64,000 nucleotides of DNA from a virus (Duplodnaviria; Heunggongvirae; Uroviricota; Caudoviricetes): the IMG/VR virus record IMGVR_UViG_2687453623_000004; one strand, given 5' to 3'. Numbering within the stretch: position 1 is the first letter of the stretch; every line of letters begins with the position of its first letter. The position numbers were made by a program, and so were the translations under genes. This document shows, piece after piece, positions 1-9,347 of this stretch. The notes under the pieces are model-generated. The model worked only from the letters and a program-made list of their open reading frames with translations, made no database searches and had not been told where the DNA came from.

Positions 1-10
1 TAATTTAGTA

Positions 11-16
11 TTCTTC
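11..16. repeat. Left copy of 6-bp target-site duplication TTCTTC of the Mu-like prophage
   Basis: TTCTTC immediately precedes the TG terminus at 17; identical hexamer follows the CA terminus at 37061. Confidence 0.6.
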
Positions 17-91
<75 letters not shown>

Positions 92-92
92 T

Positions 93-170
<78 letters not shown>

Positions 171-179
171 TTGCAGATA

Positions 180-569
180 TTACTCTTTTTTCTCCGTATC
201 TGCATCGGGTTCATCAGCAAATAGCTTGCCCTGCATCCGATCCAGTTCTTCTTTTCTTACCCGCTTAACCACGCTGTAGACCCACTGAAGCGAAACACCA
301 AATTTGCGGGCCAGTTCGTGGTGGTTGCGTCCGTTAAACTCCCTGAAGATTTCCCGGTCGCGCTGACTGACCTTCCATACCATGCCCATCGGGAAATAAA
401 CGTTTTGCCCGCCCCAGACCTGCATCATTCGGTTCGCGACGGCCTGACCAATCTGGTCGGCAACTTCGGGCTCAATATCAATAATCTCGCGAACGGTCTC
501 AGAGGTATGCTGTGCCAGTTCCACCAGGAGTTCCGGCCCCTTACTTCGAAACTGATTCAGGTCGCTCAT
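180..569 (-). CDS. mor: Mor/C-family transcription activator
   Basis: 129 aa; motifs GGQNVYFP ... FNGRN ... FGVS ... VY resemble Mu Mor/C family; last gene of the leftward early operon. Confidence 0.65.
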   Translation of the reverse strand: MSDLNQFRSKGPELLVELAQHTSETVREIIDIEPEVADQIGQAVANRMMQVWGGQNVYFPMGMVWKVSQRDREIFREFNGRNHHELARKFGVSLQWVYSVVKRVRKEELDRMQGKLFADEPDADTEKKE

Positions 570-990
570 GTTTGACTCCCGCAGCTCTGCGCTGCCACTT
601 CTTCAGTTTCTCAATAACACTGCTTGCCTGTTCAGTACTGAGCCAGCGCAGGGCGCTGATGCCCGTTTCCCGCTTGATCCACCTCGCTAATGCATTTTCT
701 GAACGGTCACGAACAATGCCGGCAGCAGCCATTTCAAGCCATAGCGCACGAATTTTCCTGGACTGCGGATGGTTATCAAGCGGTAAACCGGAGCTGGCTT
801 TTCTGGCTGGTTTAACGCGAAAGCCTTTCTTTTTCATGGATTCCAGCACGCAGTTTAGTTGTGTGGTATCCATTCCTTTGGTTGAGGCTTTACCGGTCAG
901 CCCCTGTAACATCTGGCGGTAGGTGTCTTCATCCATACCCAGTTCATTACGGGCAATATGGATAAGCTGTATCAGGCGTTTTTTCTGCAT
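541..990 (-). CDS. GemA-like (Mu gp16 family) regulatory protein
   Basis: 149 aa, position immediately upstream of mor as in Mu; family assignment from memory. Confidence 0.5.
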   Translation of the reverse strand: MQKKRLIQLIHIARNELGMDEDTYRQMLQGLTGKASTKGMDTTQLNCVLESMKKKGFRVKPARKASSGLPLDNHPQSRKIRALWLEMAAAGIVRDRSENALARWIKRETGISALRWLSTEQASSVIEKLKKWQRRAAGVKHERPESVSK

Positions 991-991
991 A

Positions 992-1198
992 TCATCTCCT
1001 TTTTTTCAGTCTGTCGGCAACAATGTCGGTTGCAGCTGGCAGGGTGACTGGCCAGAACAACATGACGGCGGTCATGTACAGGATGTAATGCGCGGTGTCG
1101 TAGTGCCTGCCATAGCCCAGGGAACGATGAAGTCTTGCGCTGCATGATCCTGCGTACATATACCAGAAAAGAAAACAGACAATGGTTTCAGTAGTCAT
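992..1198 (-). CDS. Small hydrophobic protein, unknown function (start taken at internal Met of the 120-aa track ORF)
   Basis: MTTETIVCFLFWYMYAG... two predicted membrane helices; overlaps the stop of the upstream gene. Confidence 0.3.
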   Translation of the reverse strand: MTTETIVCFLFWYMYAGSCSARLHRSLGYGRHYDTAHYILYMTAVMLFWPVTLPAATDIVADRLKKRR

Positions 1199-1418
1199 TC
1201 TGAATACCTCCCCATTCGATATGAATATTACGGGCAGCAATGACAGGGTCGTTATTCCACCATGCACCTGACATGTATTTTTCAACCTGTTCGCGTCCGG
1301 CAATAACACCAATTGTGATCCCCGGCCTGACGTTCTTAAAAAAGGCGCGGGCAAAAAGGTATCTGGCAGATATTCGGCAGGCTTTTAATTTCCGGCTTTT
1401 ACCTGATAGCGTAATCAT
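1188..1418 (-). CDS. Hypothetical early protein
   Basis: 76-aa ORF co-oriented in the early operon. Confidence 0.3.
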   Translation of the reverse strand: MITLSGKSRKLKACRISARYLFARAFFKNVRPGITIGVIAGREQVEKYMSGAWWNNDPVIAARNIHIEWGGIQNDY

Positions 1419-2134
1419 CTGGCCTCCAGTTTCTGTTGTTCCTGCCCACTGACCGGGCGGTGCAGTCTGACGTTCTGCCCTTCACGAAACCCCGCATAGC
1501 GCGAGGCGTCGCCATTGCGGCTTCTTCCCGGTTTACGCGCCCTGGTGGTTTGCGTCTGCGGGTATTTATGTTCCAGCCACTGCTGCATCAGTTCACGCTC
1601 ATCATCGGTCAGGGCAAAGGACTGTATTTCACTGATAACGGCCAGCACCCAGCCTTCGGCAAACTGGTCTCCACGGCTGGTGCGGGTGGCGGTTTTTATT
1701 CTTTTGTTCTGTGCACTGATATACTGCTGACGCGCCTTTTTCAGCTGACGGGCCAGCACTTCCCAGGTGTATGCAGCCAGTGCCGCACGTTCCCGGTTGC
1801 CGTAGAACCCCACAGACGGATGCGTGCCGGGGTGAATGATGGAGTTAACACCAAATACCTCGCGGATGATGTTCATCAGGCCCAGCATGTAGCGCGGTGG
1901 ACGGAGACTGCCTGTCGGCCAGTAGTGACTGATGGTTTCATCAATATCACTCATAGCAATGTCGGAATGTGTGATGCCGTGAACATCCATCAGTTTACGG
2001 GCTCGGCGCAGTGCCAGAGCGGCCTCGTGCGGGTTGCCGGATGCGGCCAGCGCCAGCAACTTTTTCAGTTTCTCAATGTGTTTATTCTGGTCTGTCATTG
2101 TTCTGTATCTCCGGTATTTTTCTGCCGTTTCCAT
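1415..2134 (-). CDS. Hypothetical Mu-like early protein
   Basis: 239-aa ORF, tight coupling with neighbours; no family recognised with certainty. Confidence 0.4.
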   Translation of the reverse strand: METAEKYRRYRTMTDQNKHIEKLKKLLALAASGNPHEAALALRRARKLMDVHGITHSDIAMSDIDETISHYWPTGSLRPPRYMLGLMNIIREVFGVNSIIHPGTHPSVGFYGNRERAALAAYTWEVLARQLKKARQQYISAQNKRIKTATRTSRGDQFAEGWVLAVISEIQSFALTDDERELMQQWLEHKYPQTQTTRARKPGRSRNGDASRYAGFREGQNVRLHRPVSGQEQQKLEAR

Positions 2135-2310
2135 GCCCGGACAGCGTCGGACAGCTCTTTCAGGCTGTATGCTGCTTTAAGCTTTTCCCATAACCACTGT
2201 GTTGTTATGTGCATCAGCAGGGCAGCCAGGGCTGCCCCCGCACTGAGGCATGTCGCCAGGCCAGTAAGAATCAGTGTCCATGCGGTGATTTCCCTGAGTA
2301 TGTCAGCCAT
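2095..2310 (-). CDS. Small membrane protein, unknown function
   Basis: 71 aa, hydrophobic core LTGLATCLSAGAALAALLMHI. Confidence 0.3.
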   Translation of the reverse strand: MADILREITAWTLILTGLATCLSAGAALAALLMHITTQWLWEKLKAAYSLKELSDAVRAWKRQKNTGDTEQ

Positions 2311-2324
2311 TGAATGCCTCCCGG

Positions 2325-2621
2325 TTACTCGTTCGTGTAAATCACGCCCAGTCGTGCAGCCAGACGTTCCAGTTTTTTCTGTTTGTGGAAGTCAATCAGC
2401 CGGTCCATCCCCTGAAGGCGCAGTTGCTCTGTCATGATTTCCACGTCTGCCAGCTCTGCCGCGAGGTCACTTTCGCTGCCCTGTCCGTTCAGGTTGCGGG
2501 CGGCACTGGCCGCCAGTTCAGCGGCCTCTTCTGCCAGTTTCAGGGCCTGTGCGTCCGGCCCGAAACGCTGCAGGGCCAGACGGTAGAGGGCGGTGCGGGT
2601 GAGTTCGGTGTTTCGTGTCAT
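2325..2621 (-). CDS. Hypothetical early protein
   Basis: 98-aa ORF in operon context. Confidence 0.35.
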   Translation of the reverse strand: MTRNTELTRTALYRLALQRFGPDAQALKLAEEAAELAASAARNLNGQGSESDLAAELADVEIMTEQLRLQGMDRLIDFHKQKKLERLAARLGVIYTNE

Positions 2622-2630
2622 GCCGCGCCC

Positions 2631-2903
2631 TCAGTGCTTCCGGCTGACGGTGATGTGCAGGCCGCCTTCTGCAGTGGTTTCCATCCGGTACGGCACCTCA
2701 TGCTCTGCCGTGTGGGTGAGTGTGTTCATCAGTACCTGCAGGGCAGCCTCCTTTCCGTTGGTCGCCACAATGGCCTGTGTGGCCATGCTGATTAGCGCCG
2801 TCAGGACGTGCTTCACATCGGTGAGGTCGCGGCATTCACACTCGTTGACATAGTGTTCAACAAGGGTTCGGGTGCGCTGTCGTGCTTCCTGTGGGGTAAT
2901 CAT
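2631..2903 (-). CDS. Hypothetical early protein
   Basis: 90-aa ORF in operon context. Confidence 0.35.
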   Translation of the reverse strand: MITPQEARQRTRTLVEHYVNECECRDLTDVKHVLTALISMATQAIVATNGKEAALQVLMNTLTHTAEHEVPYRMETTAEGGLHITVSRKH

Positions 2904-3094
2904 TGCGAGTCCTCCCTGTCAGGGCGGGAGAATTCCATGACGGGCACGTCTGCCGAAAAATGCTGGCTGCAGTACGGGCAGACCAGGGTGACGCGTACCG
3001 CAGGGATGTGGTATTTACCGGACATCACGGCGATGGCGCTGTGAAAACGCAGGGCTGTTATATCCCTCTCGCACTGAATACATTTAAATATCAT
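2900..3094 (-). CDS. Small Cys-pair (zinc-ribbon-like) protein
   Basis: 64 aa with CxxC ... CPYC motifs. Confidence 0.35.
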   Translation of the reverse strand: MIFKCIQCERDITALRFHSAIAVMSGKYHIPAVRVTLVCPYCSQHFSADVPVMEFSRPDREDSQ

Positions 3095-3191
3095 GATTTA
3101 ATTCTCCTCTGTTTCCGGCGTGCAGAAGCCCGCGGCGCTGACGTCGGAATAAAAAAGAAAATGTTTTTATTAAATAATTAACGTGGTGTGT

Positions 3192-3722
3192 TTACTGCAC
3201 ATCCTGCTCAAAAGGAATTATTGAAAAATCCTCAATGTCGCTTTTAATGGAAATACCGGGAATATTTTTCACGGCCTCTTTTTCATTCAGGATAGCGTCT
3301 TTATTTATTTCCTCTTTTACACGAATAAAGCGCTCAAGCCCCAGACGTCTCAGTAATTCAATAACATTATCCGCCCCACGGATACTGACTGATGGCGGAC
3401 GGTTTCGCCACTGCACCTCGCCGGTGGTGAGGTTAGCGAACTTCACCTTCCCGTTGCCGGTCAGTTCATCACGGTGTGCCTCACACCATGTCTGAATACC
3501 GGACTGCAGTTCGGCCATGCGTTTTTTCAGGCTCTCGGTGAGCGGGGCATAACGTGCGGTGATATCGCCAATGGCGTCATTCATTTCTGTTTCAGCCCTG
3601 ACCAGTTCACGTTGTGCGTCACCGAGTAGTCTGATTCCCTCAATGACCTCTTCACGTGTCCCCGGCACCCAGAGTGCTGCTGCGGCCTTGATACGTTTTG
3701 CACCTTTTGTACTTTTTGCCAT
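3192..3722 (-). CDS. gam: Gam-like host-nuclease inhibitor (DNA end-binding)
   Basis: 176 aa; resembles Mu Gam; position between the B-like gene and the semi-essential small ORFs. Confidence 0.75.
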   Translation of the reverse strand: MAKSTKGAKRIKAAAALWVPGTREEVIEGIRLLGDAQRELVRAETEMNDAIGDITARYAPLTESLKKRMAELQSGIQTWCEAHRDELTGNGKVKFANLTTGEVQWRNRPPSVSIRGADNVIELLRRLGLERFIRVKEEINKDAILNEKEAVKNIPGISIKSDIEDFSIIPFEQDVQ

Positions 3723-3749
3723 TTTTTATGATTTCTCCAGTTGTGCTGA

Positions 3750-4019
3750 TTACCACAAAGATTCCGGCCACACGACGCGACAGCCGTGCAGTTCGAAAAC
3801 GCCCTGACGGAAATATCCCCTGTGGTCATGTCCGGTATACAGATAACAGGCCTTTCCCTGCTCAAGCATGCGCATGCAATGCGCACTCCGGGAAACGCGG
3901 ATGACAGGTTTGTTACCCCTGATGGTGATGCTTTGTACATCCGTGTTCGTCGCCTTAAGCGCCATAATGGCTGACTGCACTTTGCTGATTTGCTGGTTGA
4001 TACCTGTGGTGGATTTCAT
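3750..4019 (-). CDS. Hypothetical early protein
   Basis: 89-aa ORF. Confidence 0.3.
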   Translation of the reverse strand: MKSTTGINQQISKVQSAIMALKATNTDVQSITIRGNKPVIRVSRSAHCMRMLEQGKACYLYTGHDHRGYFRQGVFELHGCRVVWPESLW

Positions 4020-4021
4020 TA

Positions 4022-5227
4022 TTAAACCCCTTTGACAACGTCAGCGTTGACCTGTGGAACCCCGATTTCAGCGGCCAGATTCATGGCGGCTATTACCAGG
4101 TTACTGACGGCCAGCGGATACAGCAGGCTGACCATATTTTTACGGTGACTTCCCGGATTGCTCAGGCGGGCACGTATGGCATCCACTGCACCGGCGTCCA
4201 TAATGTCCGTCAGCTGTTTACCGGCCCGTTGCAGTTTGAACGTCAGAAATTCTTCAAGGTTATTGTCCAGAGGCAGAAGTTCGACCACCTCACAGCGCTG
4301 AACGACTTCACGGACTTCCATATTGCGTTCAGACAGTTTTGTCGCCAGTTCCGGCTGGCCAATCAGCACGATGGACAGCAGTTTTTTGAAACCGGACTCC
4401 AGCTCAAAAAAGCGTTTGAGGTGTTTCAGTGTCGGAATGGGCAGACTGTGGGCCTCCTCAATCACCAGAACGTGGCTGAACCCCGCCTGGCTGCTGTCTT
4501 TCAGGACGCGATGCAACTGGCGAAAACGGGCGTCCTGACTGCGTCTGATGCTTTCCAGTGGTGCGATGGTACTGATAATGGCTTCGGCAATAGCTGCTGC
4601 CTTCAGGGTTTTCCCTTTCACATCGTTGTCTTCCATAGCGATGATGTATGGCTCGATAACAATTACCGGCGCATTCTCGCGGTTGATACGTTCAGTCAGG
4701 TCGCGGCGCAGCGTGGATTTACCCGCACCGGACTCACCGATGACGGCCATAAACCCACCATGACGGGCTGTCTGGTACAGCGCCTCACGCACGTAGCGAA
4801 TGTCCGGGGTGGTGAACACATCATCAGAACCCTGCATGGCTTCGTCGGCGAACGGGTCACGGAAAAGACCAAACGCTTTTTTGGTTGCTGGAAATAACAC
4901 CTGTTTTTTGAGTAACATATTCTCTTCCTCACTGAGGCTCGTTTTATCTGTGGTACCCGCTGTACGGGGCGTGGCCGCGCCCTGTACAGCATCAAAACTC
5001 TTCGTTGTATCAATCCCCTGACTTTCCAGCCAGGACGCAAGACGCCGGCGCACTTCTCCGGGGCTGGTGCGGGGCCACGCGTTATGATTCACAATCTGGG
5101 CCAGCGTGGCCTCAGAAACATCGACAGCTCTCGCCACCACCGCCTGTGGAATACGGGCCTCTTTCAGTTGCTGCTTCAGTACCAGCATGTTTCCCTCCTC
5201 AGTTGCCGTTAACAATGCTGATAACAC
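4022..5227 (-). CDS. Transposition helper ATPase (Mu B / TniB-like P-loop protein)
   Basis: Walker A GESGAGKST; directly downstream of and overlapping the transposase gene; true start may be an internal Met. Confidence 0.7.
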   Translation of the reverse strand: MLSALLTATEEGNMLVLKQQLKEARIPQAVVARAVDVSEATLAQIVNHNAWPRTSPGEVRRRLASWLESQGIDTTKSFDAVQGAATPRTAGTTDKTSLSEEENMLLKKQVLFPATKKAFGLFRDPFADEAMQGSDDVFTTPDIRYVREALYQTARHGGFMAVIGESGAGKSTLRRDLTERINRENAPVIVIEPYIIAMEDNDVKGKTLKAAAIAEAIISTIAPLESIRRSQDARFRQLHRVLKDSSQAGFSHVLVIEEAHSLPIPTLKHLKRFFELESGFKKLLSIVLIGQPELATKLSERNMEVREVVQRCEVVELLPLDNNLEEFLTFKLQRAGKQLTDIMDAGAVDAIRARLSNPGSHRKNMVSLLYPLAVSNLVIAAMNLAAEIGVPQVNADVVKGV

Positions 5228-6968
5228 TGCTGCGGGCCGGTGTGGTCAGCGTGGCCATGACTTCATCCAGTGCGGCTTCCGGTACGCCGTCCGGGTACTG
5301 TGCCGTTAACTGGCGGTAATGTTCCGGCGTCCAGGTAAGGCCGTCGGCGCTGAACTTATCGCGCAGGGCTTTCGCGGCCTCCACATGAGTCATGGGACGT
5401 TGTTCAGTGCGCGGCCCGCGTACGTCAGAGGCCTGACCACGCTTCGGCATATAGGCCGGAAGTGTGGTGTCGTCGATATGTTTATACGGGTCAAGCCGCC
5501 CGCCGAACGGCAGCGCCTTCGCCTTGCGTGCGGCGGCTGCATCTGCGGCGTTGTCTGTACCGGTAACCAGCGCTTCGGTTTCTTTTGCCGCCATCTGTGC
5601 CGGGGTTTCCGGCAGGGCTTTGTAACTTTCGCCAAATACCGCCGCGCCTTCAGCAAAGCCAAACTCGTTCTTTCTGACCTCTTCGACCAGGAAGAACGTC
5701 TCGTGGCCGTCCTCACCGGTCAGAACCACCTGTGCCACATCGCTGCGCCATGGGTTACGGGTAATCATCAGTTTTTCACCAACCAGTACGCCCGGTACCG
5801 TTGATACGTCAAATTCAGTGCCCCGGAACGAGACACGAAGTTTTGGCGTGACTTTGCGGAGTTCTGGTGCCGCCACAGCCAGTTCACGACATACCTCAAC
5901 GGAAGGCGCTTTTTTCAGCTGCTCAGCAGTAATCTTCAGCCAGATATCCGTGCGGGTTTTACCGTGGCGGCTGTGAACAGCCGTGGCGTTAAAGTGGCTG
6001 CGCCATTTCGCGGCCAGCGCGTTGAGTTCTTCCAGACTGTGAACCGGCCGGAACTTCAGACCCGGCTCCAGCTTGCGTTCGATAATGTCACGCGCCTTTT
6101 CCACCTGTCCGGTGGCGCGGGCGTTATGCGGCTTGTGCGCTATCAGGTCGATGCCCAGTGAGCGGCACATGTTTTTCGTCATACCCGCGGTGTTTGCCGA
6201 GCCGGGGTCGAGATAGAGTATTTTCGGCACGCCGTGCAGCACGTCTGCGCCGCCACGCTCCTGCATGGCGTTGATAAGCACAGAACACAGGTTCTCACCT
6301 GATTCCGCGCCCGTCACATACTCAACGTAAATCCAGCCGCTGGCATGGTCGGTAATCTCGTAACTCCACACGCGGTCACTGGCGATACGGGCAAGGTTAG
6401 CGGGCTTGTTCTTGTAGAACTTCGCGCTGTCCATCACCTGCAGCCCTTTATGTCCATTGCTCAGGTAGTAAAGCGTGCAGAGTGAGGCGTCAATCTGCCA
6501 GACATGATTGGGATGCAGACTGGCCACTTCGGTATGTGGTGCAGGGGCATCCAGTTGTTCCGGGTGCAGGCCATAGTTACGCAGAGCACGGCTGATGGCA
6601 TCTTCAGACAACGGGAAAAACTCACTGGTGGTTTCATCTGTTCTGCCTGCGGTGATAAAGCCGTTAGCCCGCAGGGTTTCCACTGCATCTGCGATGGAAT
6701 AGAGACGCTTACCGTTCTTGCGGGTGGCCTCACGCAGTGTGGCAGATATCAGCGCGGCTTCGTCGCGGGTCAGGGCGCTGCGCCCGGCATCGGCGCGTTT
6801 TTTGCGTTTATCAGTCACAGATACCTCCTTCAGCCTGCGCAGCAGAGTGGCGCGGGACATGCCAAGTTCAGCACAGGCAGCGTCGTATATTGCACCGCGT
6901 TTACCATGCCCCGCGTCACGTGCCGCGCGGGCTGTTTCAACCAGTTTTTCAGTCAGTGCCGGGGTCAT
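5199..6968 (-). CDS. DDE transposase of transposable phage (Mu A-like function)
   Basis: 589 aa; N-terminal HTH-like region, catalytic-core-like motifs (WQIDAS, YLDPGS); followed by the B-like ATPase. Confidence 0.8.
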   Translation of the reverse strand: MTPALTEKLVETARAARDAGHGKRGAIYDAACAELGMSRATLLRRLKEVSVTDKRKKRADAGRSALTRDEAALISATLREATRKNGKRLYSIADAVETLRANGFITAGRTDETTSEFFPLSEDAISRALRNYGLHPEQLDAPAPHTEVASLHPNHVWQIDASLCTLYYLSNGHKGLQVMDSAKFYKNKPANLARIASDRVWSYEITDHASGWIYVEYVTGAESGENLCSVLINAMQERGGADVLHGVPKILYLDPGSANTAGMTKNMCRSLGIDLIAHKPHNARATGQVEKARDIIERKLEPGLKFRPVHSLEELNALAAKWRSHFNATAVHSRHGKTRTDIWLKITAEQLKKAPSVEVCRELAVAAPELRKVTPKLRVSFRGTEFDVSTVPGVLVGEKLMITRNPWRSDVAQVVLTGEDGHETFFLVEEVRKNEFGFAEGAAVFGESYKALPETPAQMAAKETEALVTGTDNAADAAAARKAKALPFGGRLDPYKHIDDTTLPAYMPKRGQASDVRGPRTEQRPMTHVEAAKALRDKFSADGLTWTPEHYRQLTAQYPDGVPEAALDEVMATLTTPARSSVISIVNGN

Positions 6969-6983
6969 AGCTTGTCTTCCCTG

Positions 6984-7301
6984 TTATCCGATTCTGGCGG
7001 CAATTTTTCTGGCGAGGTCGCACAGTGTTTCGCCATCGCAGGTTTTCACCACGGTATTTACCGGTTGCGGTGCAACTACCGGGCGTAATGCTGACTGATT
7101 CTGCAGACGTCTTATCTGCTGCATCAGCATCACCTCCATCGTCAGTACAAACGGGTGCGTCTCCTGTGCGGGTACGCAGATTTCACCGGAAGGGGTCACC
7201 ACGCGGAAACCCTGCACCATCTCCGGCAGCAGATTACACAGTGCGTGCCCCAGTGCCTCCGGGCTGTCCATCAGGGTATTTTGTGTGTTATTCGTATTCA
7301 T
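6984..7301 (-). CDS. Hypothetical protein
   Basis: 105-aa ORF between the Ner side and the transposase. Confidence 0.35.
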   Translation of the reverse strand: MNTNNTQNTLMDSPEALGHALCNLLPEMVQGFRVVTPSGEICVPAQETHPFVLTMEVMLMQQIRRLQNQSALRPVVAPQPVNTVVKTCDGETLCDLARKIAARIG

Positions 7302-8221
7302 TACTGCATATCCTCCGGTCGGTTGATTTCAGGTTCCGGTTCGGTCAGCCAGGCGGGGGCATCGTTACCCGATGGAGCGGCCTCAAGGTCAAACGTCTCA
7401 CGTAATGCATGAACACTGCGTTCAATCTGGCAGACCAGACCGGCCATGAAATCTCTGGGGGTATCGATCATGTTTTTGGTGCAGTATTCACACAGGGTCT
7501 CAAAAACACTGGACAGCCGGACGGCGATAGCCGATTCGGCCTCAACCGCTAATGCCGTCACTTCCGCCCGCAATTTTTTCAGTTCTTCGTCTGGCGGCGG
7601 AGGTTGCAGGCGCGATTTCTTCTCCAGTTTTGTGGCCAGTTCGTTGATTTTTTCGTCCTTTCCGGCAAGCACCTGTTGCTGAGCTGCGTTGGTTTCGCGC
7701 GCTTCACGCAGGGCGGCCTTCAGTTCGCGGCTGGTCATGCGATCAATATCATCAAGCGTTGCACCGGCGACGGTTCCACCATCAGCTAATGCGTCGAGTT
7801 CTTCGTCATCCAGAACCATCAGTTCATATAACTTGGTTTTTCCCAAAACGCTCAGCGCTGAGCGTTTTGGCTGTTCATCTCCATTGCCGAGAAATTTCAC
7901 GCTGGCCTGCATCATGCGACGAGCTACCTGTGGTGCTAATCCGAGGTCGTTTTCCAGAATATTTGTGAAATCACCATGCGGTTCATTTTCTTTTAAGATG
8001 ATCAGCCGCTTACCCGCTTCCAACATAGATTCAGCACTCTGCGCCATATAAAAACGTGCTTCGTGAACGATGCGTTCACGTTCATAAGGCAGTCCATCAC
8101 CAAACTGCTGCATGATCTCCATGCGATGCTGTGTCATGGCATTCAGGCTGACGTTGAGATCATCCGACAGCGGTACATCGGCGTTCAGTTCAGTGTTAAT
8201 CGGTGATTTGGTACGTCCCAT
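7301..8221 (-). CDS. Hypothetical coiled-coil protein
   Basis: 306 aa with long charged helical stretch; no family recognised with certainty. Confidence 0.4.
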   Translation of the reverse strand: MGRTKSPINTELNADVPLSDDLNVSLNAMTQHRMEIMQQFGDGLPYERERIVHEARFYMAQSAESMLEAGKRLIILKENEPHGDFTNILENDLGLAPQVARRMMQASVKFLGNGDEQPKRSALSVLGKTKLYELMVLDDEELDALADGGTVAGATLDDIDRMTSRELKAALREARETNAAQQQVLAGKDEKINELATKLEKKSRLQPPPPDEELKKLRAEVTALAVEAESAIAVRLSSVFETLCEYCTKNMIDTPRDFMAGLVCQIERSVHALRETFDLEAAPSGNDAPAWLTEPEPEINRPEDMQ

Positions 8222-8231
8222 TGATTACTCC

Positions 8232-8546
8232 TTACAAACGACTACCTGAAATGACACGTTGGTTAATTTCGTTAATACGATCCTGTGCACGTGCCATCTC
8301 GTTACTGTGGGCCATGGCGATCTGCAGTAACTGGATGCCCGGTGCAAAACGTCCGTTCTCCAGTTTCAGAGCCAGCCCTTCTTCAATGAGGGTGTTGAGT
8401 GCCCGGTTGATGTTTGCCGGTGACTCGTGCAGTGCTGTCGCCAGTTCACCGTTAGAAATACCGTTCAGGGCATGACCGCGCAGCGCTTTGAGTACCCGGA
8501 GGATGCGACTGCCGGAGCTTGAAACATTCGTCTTACTCATCTGCAT
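8232..8546 (-). CDS. Putative winged-helix DNA-binding regulator
   Basis: 104 aa; ILRVLKAL ... ISNGELATALHESPANINRALNTLIEEGL looks like an HTH segment. Confidence 0.4.
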   Translation of the reverse strand: MQMSKTNVSSSGSRILRVLKALRGHALNGISNGELATALHESPANINRALNTLIEEGLALKLENGRFAPGIQLLQIAMAHSNEMARAQDRINEINQRVISGSRL

Positions 8547-8592
8547 ACCTCTTTTGCGATATGTGATAACCTTTTACAAAGACTCAAAATAT

Positions 8593-8781
8593 TTAGGCCG
8601 CCTGAGCTGTTGATTTCAGTCCCAACTTCACGGCGATTTCATGGGATTTACCGTAACGGGCTTTGGTCTGCCCGTTGAGAACGCGGTATACCTCATTGCG
8701 GTTGTAGCCGTTTTCTTCTGCCCAGCGGGTGAAAGTGATCCCGCGCTGGCGGAAGAGAGCTTTGACTTGTTCTGCAGTCAT
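8593..8781 (-). CDS. ner: Ner-like DNA-binding protein (first gene of early operon)
   Basis: 62 aa; resembles Ner/Nlp family; divergent from repressor gene. Confidence 0.7.
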   Translation of the reverse strand: MTAEQVKALFRQRGITFTRWAEENGYNRNEVYRVLNGQTKARYGKSHEIAVKLGLKSTAQAA

Positions 8782-8833
8782 CGTTGTCTCCTTTGTTGAT
8801 GCAATGATGTTTGCCTTATATGTGTTAGATTAT

Positions 8834-8851
8834 TGCTCATAATTATGAGCA
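8834..8851. promoter_or_regulatory. Putative operator: perfect 18-bp palindrome TGCTCATAATTATGAGCA in the ner / repressor divergent region
   Basis: Read directly; an extra TATGAGC half-site overlaps the repressor start codon around 8873-8879. Confidence 0.45.
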
Positions 8852-8874
8852 TATCAAGATAGAGATTCACTTTT

Positions 8875-9231
8875 ATGAGCAAAGATATAGGAGAGCGCGT
8901 TATTTCTGTGAGGAAGAAAGCAGGGTTGAACCAGAGAGAATTTGCAGCTCGTTTAGGTATTTCTAATGGTGGTATCAGTCAGATTGAAAATGGAAAGGCG
9001 ATGCCTGGAGGGGAGTTTCTGTTAAAGATGCATCAAGAGTTTAATGTTGATGTAAATTGGTTGCTCACTGGAATGAGCACAGATGGTATGACTAGAAACC
9101 AGAATCAAATTTCCCCAGAAAAACAAAAACTAATAGATACTTTTGACGACATGACACCAGACCAACAACGCTCATTTCTTGAGATTGGGCGATTCTATAC
9201 TCAGCCAAAACCAGGAAAAATCGCAGGCTGA
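8875..9231 (+). CDS. XRE-family HTH repressor (c-repressor analogue)
   Basis: 118 aa; N-terminal LNQREFAARLGISNGGISQIENGK HTH; divergent from ner. Confidence 0.7.
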   Translation: MSKDIGERVISVRKKAGLNQREFAARLGISNGGISQIENGKAMPGGEFLLKMHQEFNVDVNWLLTGMSTDGMTRNQNQISPEKQKLIDTFDDMTPDQQRSFLEIGRFYTQPKPGKIAG

Positions 9232-9317
9232 TACTGACCCGGACACAAAGGACAGGTGGTTGATCTGGATGCTTTCAGAAAACATCGCCAGTGACATAGT
9301 GGAAGTTGTTTGGTTTA

Positions 9318-9345
9318 CCGGAAAGCATTGTGCTTTCCGGTTTTG
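9318..9345 (+). terminator. Rho-independent terminator after the repressor gene
   Basis: CCGGAAAGC-ATTGT-GCTTTCCGG perfect 9-bp stem followed by TTTTGTTT. Confidence 0.5.
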
Positions 9346-9347
9346 TT

